DNA from: Chiloscyllium plagiosum
Lineage: Eukaryota
DNA length: 64,000 nt
Direction of reading: 5' to 3'
Assembly (NCBI RefSeq): GCF_004010195.1
Contig: NC_057718.1
Span: 25,614,670-25,678,669 of the forward strand
Within the stretch, counting starts at the first letter, position 1; every line of letters begins with the position of its first letter. This document shows positions 62,498-64,000 of this stretch, in pieces. A model generated the notes under the pieces. That model was not told the DNA's origin. It did no database searches and was given only the letters and a program-made list of their open reading frames with translations. Both the position numbers and the translations under genes were made by a program.

Positions 62498-63649
62498 TCC
62501 CCTTAACTCCAATCACTCTGTTACGTCTGAACATCAATTACTTTATGACAGTGTATGTGGATGACTGAAGAAGTCAATTTACTTATATTACTAATGTGAC
62601 ATTTTTATAATCCTGGTGGCTATGATTTACGGCTGCATACAATTCTGCATGAATAATTTAAAAAACCTGTTGGTTTTACTGGGTTTTGAAATGAACATTA
62701 GTCCAGTCCACTGAGATCAGTATGTTTAAATATGGCACATCAAGGCCAGACCTTTACCAGACTCTTAGCATAGATAGGGAGGGCGAACTTAAATCAATCA
62801 GCAGAGGTCCCATTGTGAGGGCAGAAAGAGGGAGATGACCCTGCTTTGGCTCAGTGGTGGGTCCCAAGGAGGACTATTCCTGGTGGTGACTGATTAAGTA
62901 GCTGTTGCTCAATTAAGGATGGCAGCTTAACTCTGAAAGGCACTGGCCCAATCAAAAGGCATGAAACTCAGTAGCACCACCACTTGCTGTGGCCATTGCT
63001 GAGGACGTTTCAATGGCCAGTTGTCCTCGAAGAGGGGTAAGTGGGATTGCAGAATGCAGGGTCCAGCAGTTAAGTGTCCCCTCTGTGGCAATAGAGCAGT
63101 TGAAATTAGCACTTGACATGGAGAATTATCCTATTAAAATAAACCTAGGTCAAACCACATTGGAACGGTTTAACTCTTATGCCCAGTTATTTAAGAGACA
63201 TTTGATTGCTTCAGAAAATCATTACGTGCTCTTGCAAGGTAACAGTCCGGACTGGTACTGTTCAAAATTGGACAACTTCCTTGCTTTCAAAAGAGTGCTT
63301 TTATGGTGATCCAAGCTGTTCAATTATTAATATGGTGAAAATAATGGAAAGTGAGGACAGCAGAGGATCTCTGTCTATCTCCAGTGCAGAAACTTGCATA
63401 GGGATGTCAGATGGGACACTAAATTGGCCACTCATGGCTCAGTTTGGTTCAAAGCAGGCAGCTGATTTGCCACCTTCCTTGCTAGCAGACTGGCAAAGTG
63501 GCGTGACCATGGGAAAACATCAAGCACTCCATCATACCCCCACTGACAGCTTCTTGTTTACAAAGTGGCCTATCTCTCAGACAGTCCCAAAGGGTCTAAT
63601 AAAATTCTGGATTCAAATTTCACTTTCTACATGATTGCTTGCTTTCAGC

Positions 63650-64000
63650 TTGCTTTCGATATTCACCAAACTGAAGGAATTTGTGGAGGATGGTCTCAGG
63701 GAAGGAAGTGTCAGGTGTCTAAGTCAAGTTGCTATTAAAAAGGAAGCAGTGTTATGCACCTTAAAAAGTTTTAAGGTAGGCAAATCCCTGGTTCCTGATG
63801 GGATCTATCCCAGAATATTGAGGGAAGCAAGAGAACAATTTGCTGGAGTATTGACAGATATCTTTGTATTCTCTTTGGCCACAGGTGAGATCCCAGAGGA
63901 CTGGGAATAGCCAATGTTGTCTTGCTGTTTAAGAAGGGTAGCAAGGATAATCCTGGAAATTGCAGGCCTGTGAGCCTCATGTTGATGGTAGAGAAATTAT
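63650..64000 (+). mobile_element. CR1 ORF2 fragment running off the window
   Basis: KSLVPDGIYPRILREA...SLATGEIPEDW, then LFKKG...PGNCRPVSL. Confidence 0.9.

Noticed and set aside
62745..63612. Possible old non-autonomous DNA transposon (similar hints near 40040 and 45255)
   Set aside because: Terminal inverted repeats are too degenerate to define by eye and there is no transposase remnant.

Overview
Repeat-dominated, apparently non-coding (intergenic or deep intronic) DNA from a cartilaginous fish, most likely a shark. The organism is inferred from HE1-type V-SINEs, HER1-type CR1 LINEs and a DeuSINE. No host protein-coding gene could be supported: every recognisable ORF is a decayed retroelement fragment (CR1, a second CR1/Jockey-group family, L2, Rex1, Tx1/L1, Penelope-like). 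There are three assembly gaps. Two systems stand out. (1) At least four distinct Penelope-like element (PLE) families each carry a minimal hammerhead-ribozyme motif (CTGANGA-stem II-GAAA-palindromic ACGT/AGCT-cleavage triplet). Many copies are small fold-back insertions with 12-16 bp target-site duplications (TSDs) and ribozyme motifs on both strands. (2) At 38.1-39.9 kb a short solo LTR is split at its TATA-like box by about six poly(A)-tailed inserts: five Tx1/L1-type 3' ends plus one unrelated 236-nt sequence. They are separated by copies of ATAACCAGGAGTCTT, which suggests a sequence-specific Tx1 element targeting an LTR promoter. All family assignments are from motif recognition by eye, not database searches, and boundaries of decayed elements are approximate.
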